Shown: one piece after another, positions 48,482 through 60,089 of the stretch
Layout of the letters: each line of letters begins with the position of its first letter
Position numbering within the stretch: position 1 is the stretch's first letter
Program-made: the position numbers and the translations under genes
From: Obrimoposthia wandeli
Lineage: Eukaryota
Direction: 5' to 3'
DNA length: 64,000 nucleotides
Assembly (NCBI GenBank): GCA_977020255.1
Contig: CDROCS010000840.1
Coordinates: 496,001 to 560,000, forward strand
Notes under the pieces: generated by a model
The model's database searches: none
What the model was told of the DNA's origin: nothing
The model's input: the letters and a program-made list of their open reading frames with translations, nothing else

Positions 48482-51400
48482 TAAATATTTTCTAAAATGC
48501 GCCGTAAGACAAATTTAAACAATCAAAAAAATATCAATAAAAAGGTTTTGTTTTGTTAACTTACATTGGAACATAACTAAGTGAAAACGATAAATTACAT
48601 CGAGATGGGTTTTAGATAAAGAATAAATTATTACTTTTTCCTTAGTTTGTTAGTTAAATTTTGTATGTTAAAAATAGCATAGTTTAGTTAAAATTTATTT
48701 TTAAGAAATGCTGCTAAAACATAATTATACATCAGAATAATAATTCAGTCAGCGAATCATTCATTTATATCTGATTTTCGATTTTAAAATACCTTTTCAG
48801 AATCCTAAAATACTCTAACAATTTAGCTTACCATTTAAATGTATATAAGTAAACATGTAATTGATGATACATTTTCGAAATATACAAAAATATTATCAGA
48901 TTGACATCTTAAAATTACGAGTCTGTGTTCAGGAAATATTGTTGTGTTGTGTGAGGTTGGTTTAATAAGCCGGTTAAGCCGAATTCGATTTTAGTTTCAA
49001 AAATGGTCTGGCAAAACCAAGACCAGAAATAGGTAAAACTAAGCCGAACTCAATCGGTGTAGGCGATAACTCTCTGAATGTGCCAGGGCTTAGGTCAGCA
49101 TCTCACTGGTTAACTCTCGACTGGTACGTTCTTAGTTTCTATGAATAAATGATAGTTTAGGCATGGTCAATACCAGAATTTGGATTTACAATAATCGTTT
49201 TATGAAATTTAATTATCATTAAAACACAGTTGTTACACCTGTTTTTAAATAAAATACAATGTTAAACCCTATTTACGTAAGTAGAGCGACACTCTACAGT
49301 TTCGAATAGTCATGGGTTTATTGTTCTAATGTTTCAATAGTTAATTTTGTTATTTTACTTTTAAATAGTTACTCCCAAATGGTTACTTTCAAAACGGTTA
49401 TTTTCAAATCATTACTTTCAATGCTATTACTCACAAGTTAATGATTACTTCAATAATCACTTTTACTTTTATTGTTTACTTTCAATGTTATTATCCACAA
49501 GTCAAATGCTTAAGGCAATGATTACTTCCAACTACTTGTTTGTACTCATCGACTCCAATATCTAGTTCTATCTAATCCAAAATTTTCGATCACTCAAATA
49601 AAGAGGAAATATGAGCTTCTTTTTTTGATTTTTTTACGATAGTCTGTATCCAATTCAGTTTCTGTTTTCAATTTATTTCAGCGTATCTAATTCTGCCTGT
49701 CTAATTCTGCATATTTAATTTTACATATCTAAGTCTGTGTGGCTAAATCTGCAAGGTATCAATTAAATAGACGGTTTATATATTGTGTTACCTTGTACTT
49801 AACTGGACTGTTAAATTTAGCGTCGATAGGCTGTATCTGATTCTGCTTCTGTTTCCAATGTGTTTCCAGTGGTGTCTAACTCTGCTGTTTCTCGTTCACT
49901 CGTCTCGATTCCTCGCCTAAAAATTTGTTCCTAAAAATTTGTATGGATTGCACTTTTTAGACTTATGGACCTGGAACAAATCAAAATCTTCTCCAATTGT
50001 CCTCGATCGATTCCAGTGGTCTTCTAATCAGTGACTGAATATTTGATCCGATTCAGTTTCTAAAACCTAAAAATTTGTGCTAAAAAAAGTAACGCCTTTA
50101 TATATCCAGTTGGTTTAGTCCATACATCGGTTATTACCTATTCGGTGACTAAATCCCGAGGCTGGATGACTCATTTGTTGAACAATCCGCATCCCAACCC
50201 AAACACCAGATGACCGAATGCTGATACAACTGCGGCCAGATTGCCGGATACCACTTCGATGTGATTCCTACACGACTTGTGGAATCCCCAATTTAATTGT
50301 GGCTTGATGCCAATTATAATTTAATTCGCAAATCGGCGGCTGGATCCAATATCTCCAGTTTAATCCTCGGTTTACGCGTTTTCTGTTTTTTCGATTTCTC
50401 TTTGGCTTTAATTCTTCCATGATCTTTTTTTAAAACAATTTTTCTTCGTTTTATATAAACACATTTTTATGACCTCTTCAAGGTCTCAAATTAATTAGTT
50501 TTCTAAATTAAATTAATTTTAATTGTTTTTTAATTTAATTCTTTTACATTTATTATTTTCCCTGATATGTTATTTCTTGCCTATTTTTAGATTTATTTTA
50601 AACTTTCCTTATTTTAACAGTACCTTAGAAAAACACGTCGTAAGATTCACTGTTTTACCTTAGTTATTTAAAGCATTAAAATATATTAAGAAGTCGATGT
50701 GGTTTGATGTGGTTTGTTTTCGTATGTATTACTAAGAGGCAATACTTGCCAACACAGTCTGTGGCCAATAACATCCTTTTAGTTGTCTGCGGCTCTGTGA
50801 GTGGACTATATATATAATGGGTTTCATCCACCACTCTAATTATGTAGACTGGCATTGTGAATAAGATGTTTTATCTTGTGGTATGTGACGTTTTACTGTG
50901 AATAAAATACAATTTGGAGAAGATTAAGTTCGTTGTTGCTATGAAACAAATAATACTTTATTTATATATGAAAATACTTAAGGGTTAGATCATACCGTGG
51001 GATACTGGGGTACTCCCCGAATGTTTTAAGATTGATGTATGTAAAACTATTGCAGCCACATACACACATTTATATAAGGAATACAAAATCAAATATACAA
51101 TTATGACATAGATTTTTATTTCATCGGCTTTTGGACGTAGTTGACAGTGTTGGGGTTTCTATTTGAAACTAGATCCTCGTATGGAGGCCCCAAACGTGAG
51201 TTCTGTAGCAATAGGGCTTACATATGGATGAGGCCTACCTGTTCAACCTGTGGCCTATCTTTTTGGTTTATTTCGCTTAGTCTCAGTTCTGAAGGGTTTC
51301 TTTTTTGTGTTTGTATTGCAGTTGTGTGGAGAGTGATGTTCGTAGTGCACTGATGGTTTTCCGTTAACGTAAGGTCGTATATAATGAAATTCGAATCCAT

Positions 51401-51754
51401 CTAGTCCTATGTGGGTCGATCAAATGAACTTTACTCAATGTGTAGGAAATAATATATTAATTCACACTTAGCTAAAAAGGTGCTATAAACGACACTAATT
51501 CACACTTAACTAAAATGTGCTACATACGACAATAACTTGTTTTACTACGCTCGTTTCCACACGGGGTAACCAAGGATGACCCTAACTTAACGTATTGATT
51601 TTAATGTGCTACCAGAAATTTAGGGTTTGATTTTACGTTCATTAGCCAATGACTCCTTAATAACTTTAATTTATCCGGGCCTCAAATTTGAATTTATTTC
51701 ACAAAATCGAGACTTTTTACTTCAGTTTGAGATTCAAAACGAATCGAATTAAAT

Positions 51755-52290
51755 TGACTACTAAAACCTGTGGTAAAATCGACTACTAAAACTTGTGATA
51801 AAATCGACTACTGAAACTTGTGATAAAATCGATTACTAAAACTTGTGATAAAATCGACTATTAAAATTTTAGACAAAATCGATTTCTAAATTTGGGATAA
51901 AATCGACTACTGAATTTAAGACAAAATCGATTACTAAATTTAAGATAAAATCGACTACTAAAACTTGTGATAATAATATGACTTTCAAACAGCGCATTTA
52001 CCAATTGCTGGTTTCCACAATTTCCAAAAATTGTTTTCCTTTTTTCCGAATGGCTCAAAATACTATTTTATAACTAGAAATTTATGATAATCATATAACT
52101 TTCAAACAGCGCACTTACCAATTGCTGGTTTCCACAATTTCCAAAATTGTTTTCCTTTTTTCCGAATGGCTCAAAATACTATTTTATAACTAGAAATTTA
52201 TGATAATAATATAACTTTCAAACAGCGCACTTACCAATTGCTGATTTCTATAAATTCCAAAAATTGTCTTCTTTTTCCGAATGACTTAAA
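51755..52290. repeat. Compound tandem repeats: 24-25 bp unit (about 9 copies), then 116-117 bp unit (about 3 copies)
   Basis: AAAATCGACTACTAAAACTTGTGAT-type units at 51755-51975; ACTTTCAAACAGCGC anchor at 51981, 52098 and 52214. Confidence 0.9.
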
Positions 52291-53931
52291 ATACTATTTT
52301 CCTTTTTATATAGCGTATCTAAAAAGGAAGCAATTAGCTTAATCGATTTTGAGTTAAAATCACTTACCTCGAGACGATGACGGCTGGCTTGCTCCAGTTG
52401 CAATCGAGACGATGACGGCTGTTTATCTTATCAGTTTGCTAATGGAGCAACTGTTACTTCCCAGTCTCTTAGCTGGTGATTTCCACGGTTAAATTTGATA
52501 ATTTTCAATTAATTTTAATTTTTTTCTTTTATGCCTTCCGCTGATTTCCTTATTCTTTATTTTGCCTTTTATAAATTTTTATTTAACTTATATACACATC
52601 ATTTTAACCTTTAATTTTTTATTTATTTCTAACTTCTAACTTTCATACAATTAATTATTTTATTTTATTTATTCTCCTAACCTTCATTATTTTAAAGTTA
52701 ATTCTCCGACTATAAATAACTTATTTATTTAATTATTTTTAGTTTCCTAATCTCAACAAAAATATATATTATATCTGCCTAATATTTCGGATTTTGTGGG
52801 ACATAGGAGTATCCCTCAACACAGTTTTACTAGTGGTACACATTGCAATTGTTTGCATATTACAAGATCGATTTATCTAGTAATAAAAATATGAATATAA
52901 CTACATTCAGAAAATTTCACGTTTGTAGCATTTATAGTTTTATATACATCAAGCATAACATATTTGTGTCTACCTCAGTACTCCGCACCATAATATATTA
53001 GTCAGTTTTAAAAAATAAGCAAAATTAAAGGTTAATTAAGGTTAATTAATCTTACATAAGGTGGTTAATCATCAGACTCAATGATAAGAATGAAAAACAG
53101 AAACAAACCAGAAAAGGGACAACATTTGTTACAATTTTTGTGTCATCGACAGAGAATTTTTAAAAACTCAATTTTTTGTCACAGCTTTAGCAAGCAATTA
53201 TAAGAGAGCAATATTTTCATATTTTTGAGATATTTTGTCATATTTGAATAATTATTCGTATTTAATAATAATATAATAAAGTTTTATTTTAAAAATGTAA
53301 ATAAAAAATAATTTGCATCTACTGTAATTGTAATGACATTGTTTAATTACTGACCGGTAAGTTCATTTGTGATCCGACACGATCATAATCCCTACGAATA
53401 TTTTAACTAATTGGCAAAATTGAAATGAGGTGATCTAAACTCACATAATCGATATGTAAATTAATTTATTTAGACTGTAGATTGTTCAATTGTGTATTGT
53501 AAGCCTAACTACTTAAAATACATATTGTTTAATTGTGTTCTAAGATTATGTTTACTTAACTTTTCAACTTGAGTATTTGTAAGACTGTCTGTTAAATATG
53601 GATTATGTTACCTTTCTTCATTTAGTTAAATCGGTTTTTTACTTCCAATCTAATAGACGCTCTTCAACTTTCAATTTCTATTTATGTAAGTTGTCCATTG
53701 TTTTAGAGAAATAGCGTCATGTATTTCATAACTGTTTTGTTGTTGTTTTCTTCCTCTAACTTAATAGCAATGTGCAATGGGTTTTTAAAATGATTCTTCT
53801 ACCTTTCATCATAGGCTCAGTCTTTATCTCAACTTATTTATCTGTCCCAAATGTTCATATCGCTAAATTACCCCTCTTGTGAGTTATATTTTTAATATAC
53901 GTTTTCCTAGCATTTCGTTTCTTAACTCTTT

Positions 53932-54159
53932 CCCTCGATTATTCCTTTCAATTATAACCAAAATAGTGTTTCGTTTCCTGATTCTGTACTCGGTCAACAT
54001 ATAATTATCTTGTAATGTCTTACCTTCGAAAATAAGTCTATGTTTGTTTGATGTAATGTCTTTCTTGTCCTAAATTTTTGCTCGAATACCTTCAACACAT
54101 TAATTTTATTTGACCTTAAATGTGATTTTCTTTTATGCAAGCAATTTAACAAATATATG
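53932..54159 (-). pseudogene. Ubiquitin-like domain pseudogene (76 codons, 4 stops)
   Basis: HIFVKLLA*KKITFKVK*N*CVEGIRAKI*DKKDITSNKHRLIFEGKTLQDNYMLTEYRIRKRNTILVIIERNNRG aligns essentially without gaps to ubiquitin; absent from the ORF track. Confidence 0.8.
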
Positions 54160-55650
54160 TGGACTCCCGTACTCAAATGATAAAATATACAGATACAGTT
54201 CAAATATATACTGTATTTCTCCTATCAGCACCTCAAACTAACCCTCACATTTAAACCTTCGTAAACAAATTTTGCCACATTACTCCCTTAACTATTGTGT
54301 CCTCTTTACAAATACCAAAATGCTGAAACTCTTTCTCTAATTTTTTCAGGTACTATTTCCTTTAAAGAAAAAATAGAGAACAGAAAAGATAGAAAAAGGT
54401 ACCATGTATACTGAGAAATATAGTCGCGGAAAATCAGTTTTTGACTAAATCGATAGTAAATTGCGAGTAAATAAGCAGCAAAGCTAGCTGCTCACTTGGA
54501 TTGACTGCTCGGCAGCGACCACAGTTCTGCTTCGCGTTTATAATTCTCTCGAAGTCGTTGAAGAGACCGTTGTTTGAATCTAAAAAGGTATAAAAGCAAC
54601 GAGTGATTTATTCACAATTCTATGTTGGACTCGCGATATTATACATGGATCAGAACATCGGGATAGTAAGAAGCTAACGGTGGTATTAAATTGACAAACA
54701 ACGAACGAGTAATTTAATCACAATTTTATTTATGTAGAATTAAATCAACAGACTTGCGATATCATACTAGGATAATTGGATGGCCAGAAACCAAAGATTA
54801 TCAAAATGGTCAACATACTGGAATCAGGGATGAGAAATCGACAGAAAGTATTGGACTCCGCACATCAAATCGATGGATCAATATATACGAACGGTGCACA
54901 ACAACGGGGATAAGGCTTTGAGGACCAGTTCAGTACACCGCGAAAAATATTAGTGAAACCACAAATTAGTAGCATAATCATTTATACATTTTTATCATTG
55001 GACAAATCATTAGTATAGATTGGAGTCCAAGCATATATTGAAGAATGATAGTAATGATAGTCCCAGTGAATTATAACTGTAAAAACGTATTTCGCATAAA
55101 TCCTAACAACTGGGAGTTAGAGGACAAACACAGTGATCAAGTAGAAAGTCTTAGTGTCGTCGATCTATTTAGTCGTTGGAAAGTTTGAGTAGTAATACCT
55201 TTTAGTGTAAAGTCATTATAGTTACTGAAGCCATATAATTGTACAAACATTCGTAATCGTGAAATAAATATGTATTAAAATACTCACATTTCCTTTTCGT
55301 CTCTCAACCTAAGTTCTATTAGAACTCGAGTGATAATAAGTTAAGATATTCAGAATAAAGGTGAGACCCAATCTATGTAAAAGTGATCCACACCGTTTAT
55401 CAGGAAAGTCAATCGAAGTAGAGTCGTCCGACTTATAAACTGTCAACTTTCCAGTCTAGGCTCAGTTAAACTATTTTTGAGTTTAAGCAACTTCTGGCCT
55501 AACCGGCAGTTCTGTCAGACATACATTACACCACAATAGTTTTAGGATTATACTCAGATAATTATACACAGCATAGCAAATCTTCAGACTAATAATGACA
55601 ACTAGGTAGGCCTAGACCATCAATAAGACATATATATATATTTCTCTTTG

Positions 55651-58600
55651 TGTTGCCATTTTGTTTATGTGTGCACATGTTGTTATTTGTTATTGCAATT
55701 ATTGTAATTATGTATTATGAATAATAATACATATTTTATGGATTATGATAAAATAAATCAATAATATTTCAAGATCTTGTCTTCTCAACCTAAATTCCTC
55801 AATTACTTCATCTCAACAAATTGTGCGCCCGAACAAATTACAACGAACAATCGTCAACTCTCGATCCAGCAACCATCACAACTACTCTCTACAATTACTC
55901 TCTACAATTACACTCTACAACTACTCTCTACAACTACCCTCTACAACGTACCGAACGCACTGCACCGAACAAATCAATTTTCAATCTGCTTCTCACTACA
56001 AAACAATAGAGAAACTACAGAAACAATCTACAAGCAAACAATCCAACCGTTCTTCCATCGTTCCGGAAACTTCTGACGGTGGGAATCACAACATTTAACA
56101 TTTGCCTTTTTTATTTTTTCCCTAGGGTTTTCCTAACTGTACTAGACACTAACACTTCTAATTACAACACTTCTTTTCACCAACATTCAAAATACAACAA
56201 ACACAAATGCCAAAAACACAACCACCAACCATCACACACATTAAGTCTCCACAATACTTTGTTGATGAAAGCAACAATCCAACCGATTGAATAAATTTAA
56301 CACATAATATTTTAACATCAACAGACAAACACACCAACATATAGATCACAACACACATCATAAACAAGCTGCCCGCTACCACAATCAAGACCATAGCGGA
56401 TGATGTTAATGACATTCTAAGCCACAAAGACCTCACGAAGGAGTTAATTAGGTACATAAATAAAAATCGAGGAAACGTGACAAAAAACGCACTCGAGCAA
56501 TTACTCAATCCATCTAACACAGACTCTAAAACACCATCACAACTACTCAAACATTTGAAAAAACAATTATACAAATTGACCCACAACACTCACACCACGG
56601 ATCCAACATCCTCAAATTGTGTTTCCTTAAAACTTTACCACCAAACACCAGAGACATAATCACCCCAACCAACACCATAGACATAGAGAAAATGGCTGAA
56701 ATTGCAGACAATATCCTTCATAACAGAGTCCACACTGAGACCAACCACATCAGACACCCACCACAAAACGAAGACACTCAACAAAACACAATATTACTAG
56801 CCATCAGTCATCAACTAGCGGAGAATAACAAACTCCTCAGGGAAATCACTCTTAATAATCGAAACAACAACCAAAGACATATAACTCTAGAAACAACTCC
56901 CCATCCAACAGAGATCAACCACCTCACTCAAAATACCATCCAACACACCAACCACAAAACTTTATCACAAGAAACTACAAAAACCGCCCCATTTCAACCA
57001 AGAAAACCAAGCACCTGCACATCACCAGAGAAATCAATCACCACACTTTCACCGGATAACTCATTCACCCCACTTCAAATTTATCGCACCACAAACATCG
57101 CAAAAGGATTCACAACCAAACATGTGTTACTACCATAAAACCTACGGAAACAACGCATATAAATGTGAAACATCGTGCTCATTTCCAAAAAACGATTAAT
57201 ACCAAGCATAAACGCACCATTATACGTCGGTATAAATTCCACTTTCAAGGTGCAACCATCCAACACCACATATAATTTTTTAATAGATTCCGGATCATCT
57301 TTATCACTAATTCCATATACACTATGCCCCCAACAAAATTATTAGACATACAACACACATCACATCAACCTCATCGCAGCAAACAACACCACAATCAAAA
57401 TGTACGGCGAAACAAAACTGAATTTAATTATAAATAATACAGCATACAAATGGAATTTTATCATCGCGGACGTATCCCAACCGATAATAGGATCCGATTT
57501 CTTCATAAAACACAATTTTATGATAGACTGCAAAGACAGAACAATATTAACGAAAACCGACTTCACAAAAACTGTCAACGAAGAAAACTCAATAATACAA
57601 GGAAACAAAACGAACTACCGCGGCACCTACCACAATAATAATCGACATCCACTATGCAACTCTTCATATACGCCTAATAAATCATCATACAAACAATCAC
57701 TCCTGAAAAACATCATATCTGAAACACCCGAAATTAACCACACTGATAAACAGAACATCACAGCACCGAGCACACCTATACAAGAGAAGCACAACACGAC
57801 AAACAAAATTATTACAACAGGATATCCATGCCACGCCAAAGTAAGACCACTATCATCAGACAAATTAGCAGCAGCCAAAACTACTTTCTCCAATTTATTA
57901 CAAGAAGGAACGATCAGAGTGTCAGATTCTGATTGGGCATCTGCACTCATGATGAAAAAGAAAACATCAGGAGAATGGCACTGTTGTGGAGATTATAGAG
58001 CACTCAACACTATGACAACACCTGACGCCTATCCATTATCTTTAATCAACGATATCATAAGAAGAAAGGTGGGAGCATTTGGTCTAAAGAACTCTGCATC
58101 AACTTTTCAACGACATATGGATAAAATATTTTCCAACATCCCGAATGTCATAACATCGACGAAATATTAATAGCTAGCCCAGACGAAAAACAACACTCCT
58201 TAGAAATCACAATTGTAAAAAACCTAATCAAAAAACATCAATTAACACTCAACGAAGAAAAATGCAGCTTTAATAGAAGAACCATCAATTTTTCAGGTTT
58301 CACACTATCAAAAGACGGCATCAGTTCCAACACCGGAAAATAAAAACGATAAGCGAATTACAACCACCTAACACGGTAAAACAACTACGCGGATTTCTAG
58401 GAATGATAAACTTATATCACCAACATATTAAAAACGCCGCACATATACTAGCACCACTCAACGAAATAATAAAAAACAGAAATAAAAATTCGAAAATAGA
58501 ACTTAACGAACAATAATTGAAAGATTTTGACAATGCAAAAGAAGCACTTAAAACGGCAACTACATTATCCAGCTCAATACACAACGCTGAGATATCACTA

Positions 58601-59074
58601 ACCACTAACGTATCCAATTTAGCAACAGGAGCCGTACTCAATCAGATTGTCACCGAAAAAATATCCCCACTAGCAATTTTCTCAAAAAAACTAAAGACAC
58701 ACCAAATCAAATCTTCAACATATAACCGCGAATTACTAGCCATTTATCAAGCCACCAAACAATTCGAAAATCAACTAGTAGACAAAACATTCACCACTTA
58801 CACCGACTACAAACCTCTAATACACGCATTACATATGAAAAATCCGACACCAAGACAACAACGACAACTAAACTATATCTCCCAATTCAACACAACAATT
58901 AAATATATTCCAGGTTCCATGAACATTATAGCAGATACGTTATCTAGACCATCCGAATTATACGAAATAAACACAATCGATAACCTCTTACAACCACACG
59001 AAATCATCGGGAAACAAGAACTACATAAATTCACACGTAGTTCATACAACTTCACAATGTTCAACAATATATGA
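55651..59074 (+). mobile_element. Ty3/Gypsy retrotransposon (CsRN1/Kabuki-like), decayed, truncated after RNase H
   Basis: Putative LTR from TGTTGCC 55651, gag from ~56207, protease FLIDSGSSLSLI (~57280), RT KVRPL...WASAL...GEW.CCGDYRALN..T.PDAYPL, RNase H LAIFSKKL...STYNRELLAIY...YTDYKPL; no integrase. Confidence 0.9.
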
Positions 59075-59079
59075 GAAGT

Positions 59080-59255
59080 GTAAAGTTCGGTTCTAAAACA
59101 ATAGCACACAAAGAACTACCCCCCGAACAAGGAACGAGGAACAAAGCACATCTGGAATTCGCTTAGTCATTCAGATGTGCTTTGTTCCTCGTTCCTTGTT
59201 CGGGGGTGAGGGGGGTAGTTCTTTGTGTGCTATTGTTTTTGAACCGACACTTTAC
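59080..59255. repeat. Long subterminal hairpin of element C
   Basis: 59080-59154 pairs with 59172-59255 (about 75 bp, 17-nt loop, one ~8-nt bulge on the right arm and two small mismatches or indels). Confidence 0.92.
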
Positions 59256-59493
59256 GTTTTCAATCCTGATTGGTTTTATGTGTCATTTACAATTATGTAG
59301 GTTAATTTTCTGTAGACATTAAATATATAGTTCAAAAAAAATTTAAAAATTTAAAATTAGAAATTAAAAAATTTTAAAATTTTAAAATTAAAATTTTAAA
59401 AATTACAAATCAAAAATTAAACTTTTAAAAATTAAATTTTGAAATTAAACACAGTCCCAAGATTTTTATTTGCAACTATTTAATTTACTTAGT

Positions 59494-59550
59494 ACTGCGA
59501 CCCCATTCCAGGAGTTACACTGTCCCGCATAACCGGACAGCTATTGCAGT
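59494..59550 (-). other. Structured 57-nt motif, copy 1 (three-way junction)
   Basis: 50/57 identical to 63832-63888; three stems readable by eye. Confidence 0.7.
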
Positions 59551-59592
59551 TTTAATCTTGAAAACGTTATTGCTTATATAAGAAGTCTATGT

Positions 59593-59829
59593 TTATACAT
59601 AATTATATTTATTATCACAATCCATGCTTTCTTCTTCAACTTTAATGATTGTTGCAACTTTAAGTTTAAAGTCTCCATTAAACAGGTGATACATATAAAG
59701 TTCTTCAATCCTTGAGACAAAATGTTCTGATGCAACAAATAAGTTAAAGTATTTTTCAGTATACTGTACCATCAAGGTAGGGCTCAGGTTATCACGGAGA
59801 GCTTGCAATTTTTCTTTAGAAGTAGTCAT
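59593..59829 (-). CDS. Small 78-aa ORF downstream of element C pPolB
   Basis: Intact ATG-TAA ORF with a TATA-like CTATAAATATA about 45 nt upstream; no family recognised. Confidence 0.4.
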   Translation of the reverse strand: MTTSKEKLQALRDNLSPTLMVQYTEKYFNLFVASEHFVSRIEELYMYHLFNGDFKLKVATIIKVEEESMDCDNKYNYV

Positions 59830-60089
59830 TTGAAATAATAAGAAATTGGTTGAAATGTGTATATATTTATAGAGAATTTGTTAAAATTATCCAATGAAAT
59901 TATCCAATGAGTAGCTAGTAGGAAGTCAAGACATGGTTATGATACATACAATGTATTAAAAATAAACATCATTAAAAATATATACATACTATCGCATTAA
60001 AAAGATATATACAATATTCTGCTTATTACAATAAAAATAAGAAGGAAATTAGTCAATACTTTCAAGAGGTTTCCCGAGATTTTATACAC

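Noticed and set aside
49400-50950. Additional solo LTRs
   Set aside because: TATA, AATAAA and TG...CA-like features are present, but no matching TSD or second copy could be identified.
51861-52058. ORF with FSSRFYLK repeats
   Set aside because: Translation of the 24-bp tandem repeat.
59470-59550. Pistol, twister, hammerhead or HDV-like ribozyme assignment for the 57-nt motif
   Set aside because: UUAAAUAGUUGC next to copy 1 recalls a pistol segment but is not in copy 2 and the pseudoknot partner is missing. No CUGANGA/GAAA core, no twister L4 motif, and the HDV P1/P3/P1.1 pattern could not be completed.
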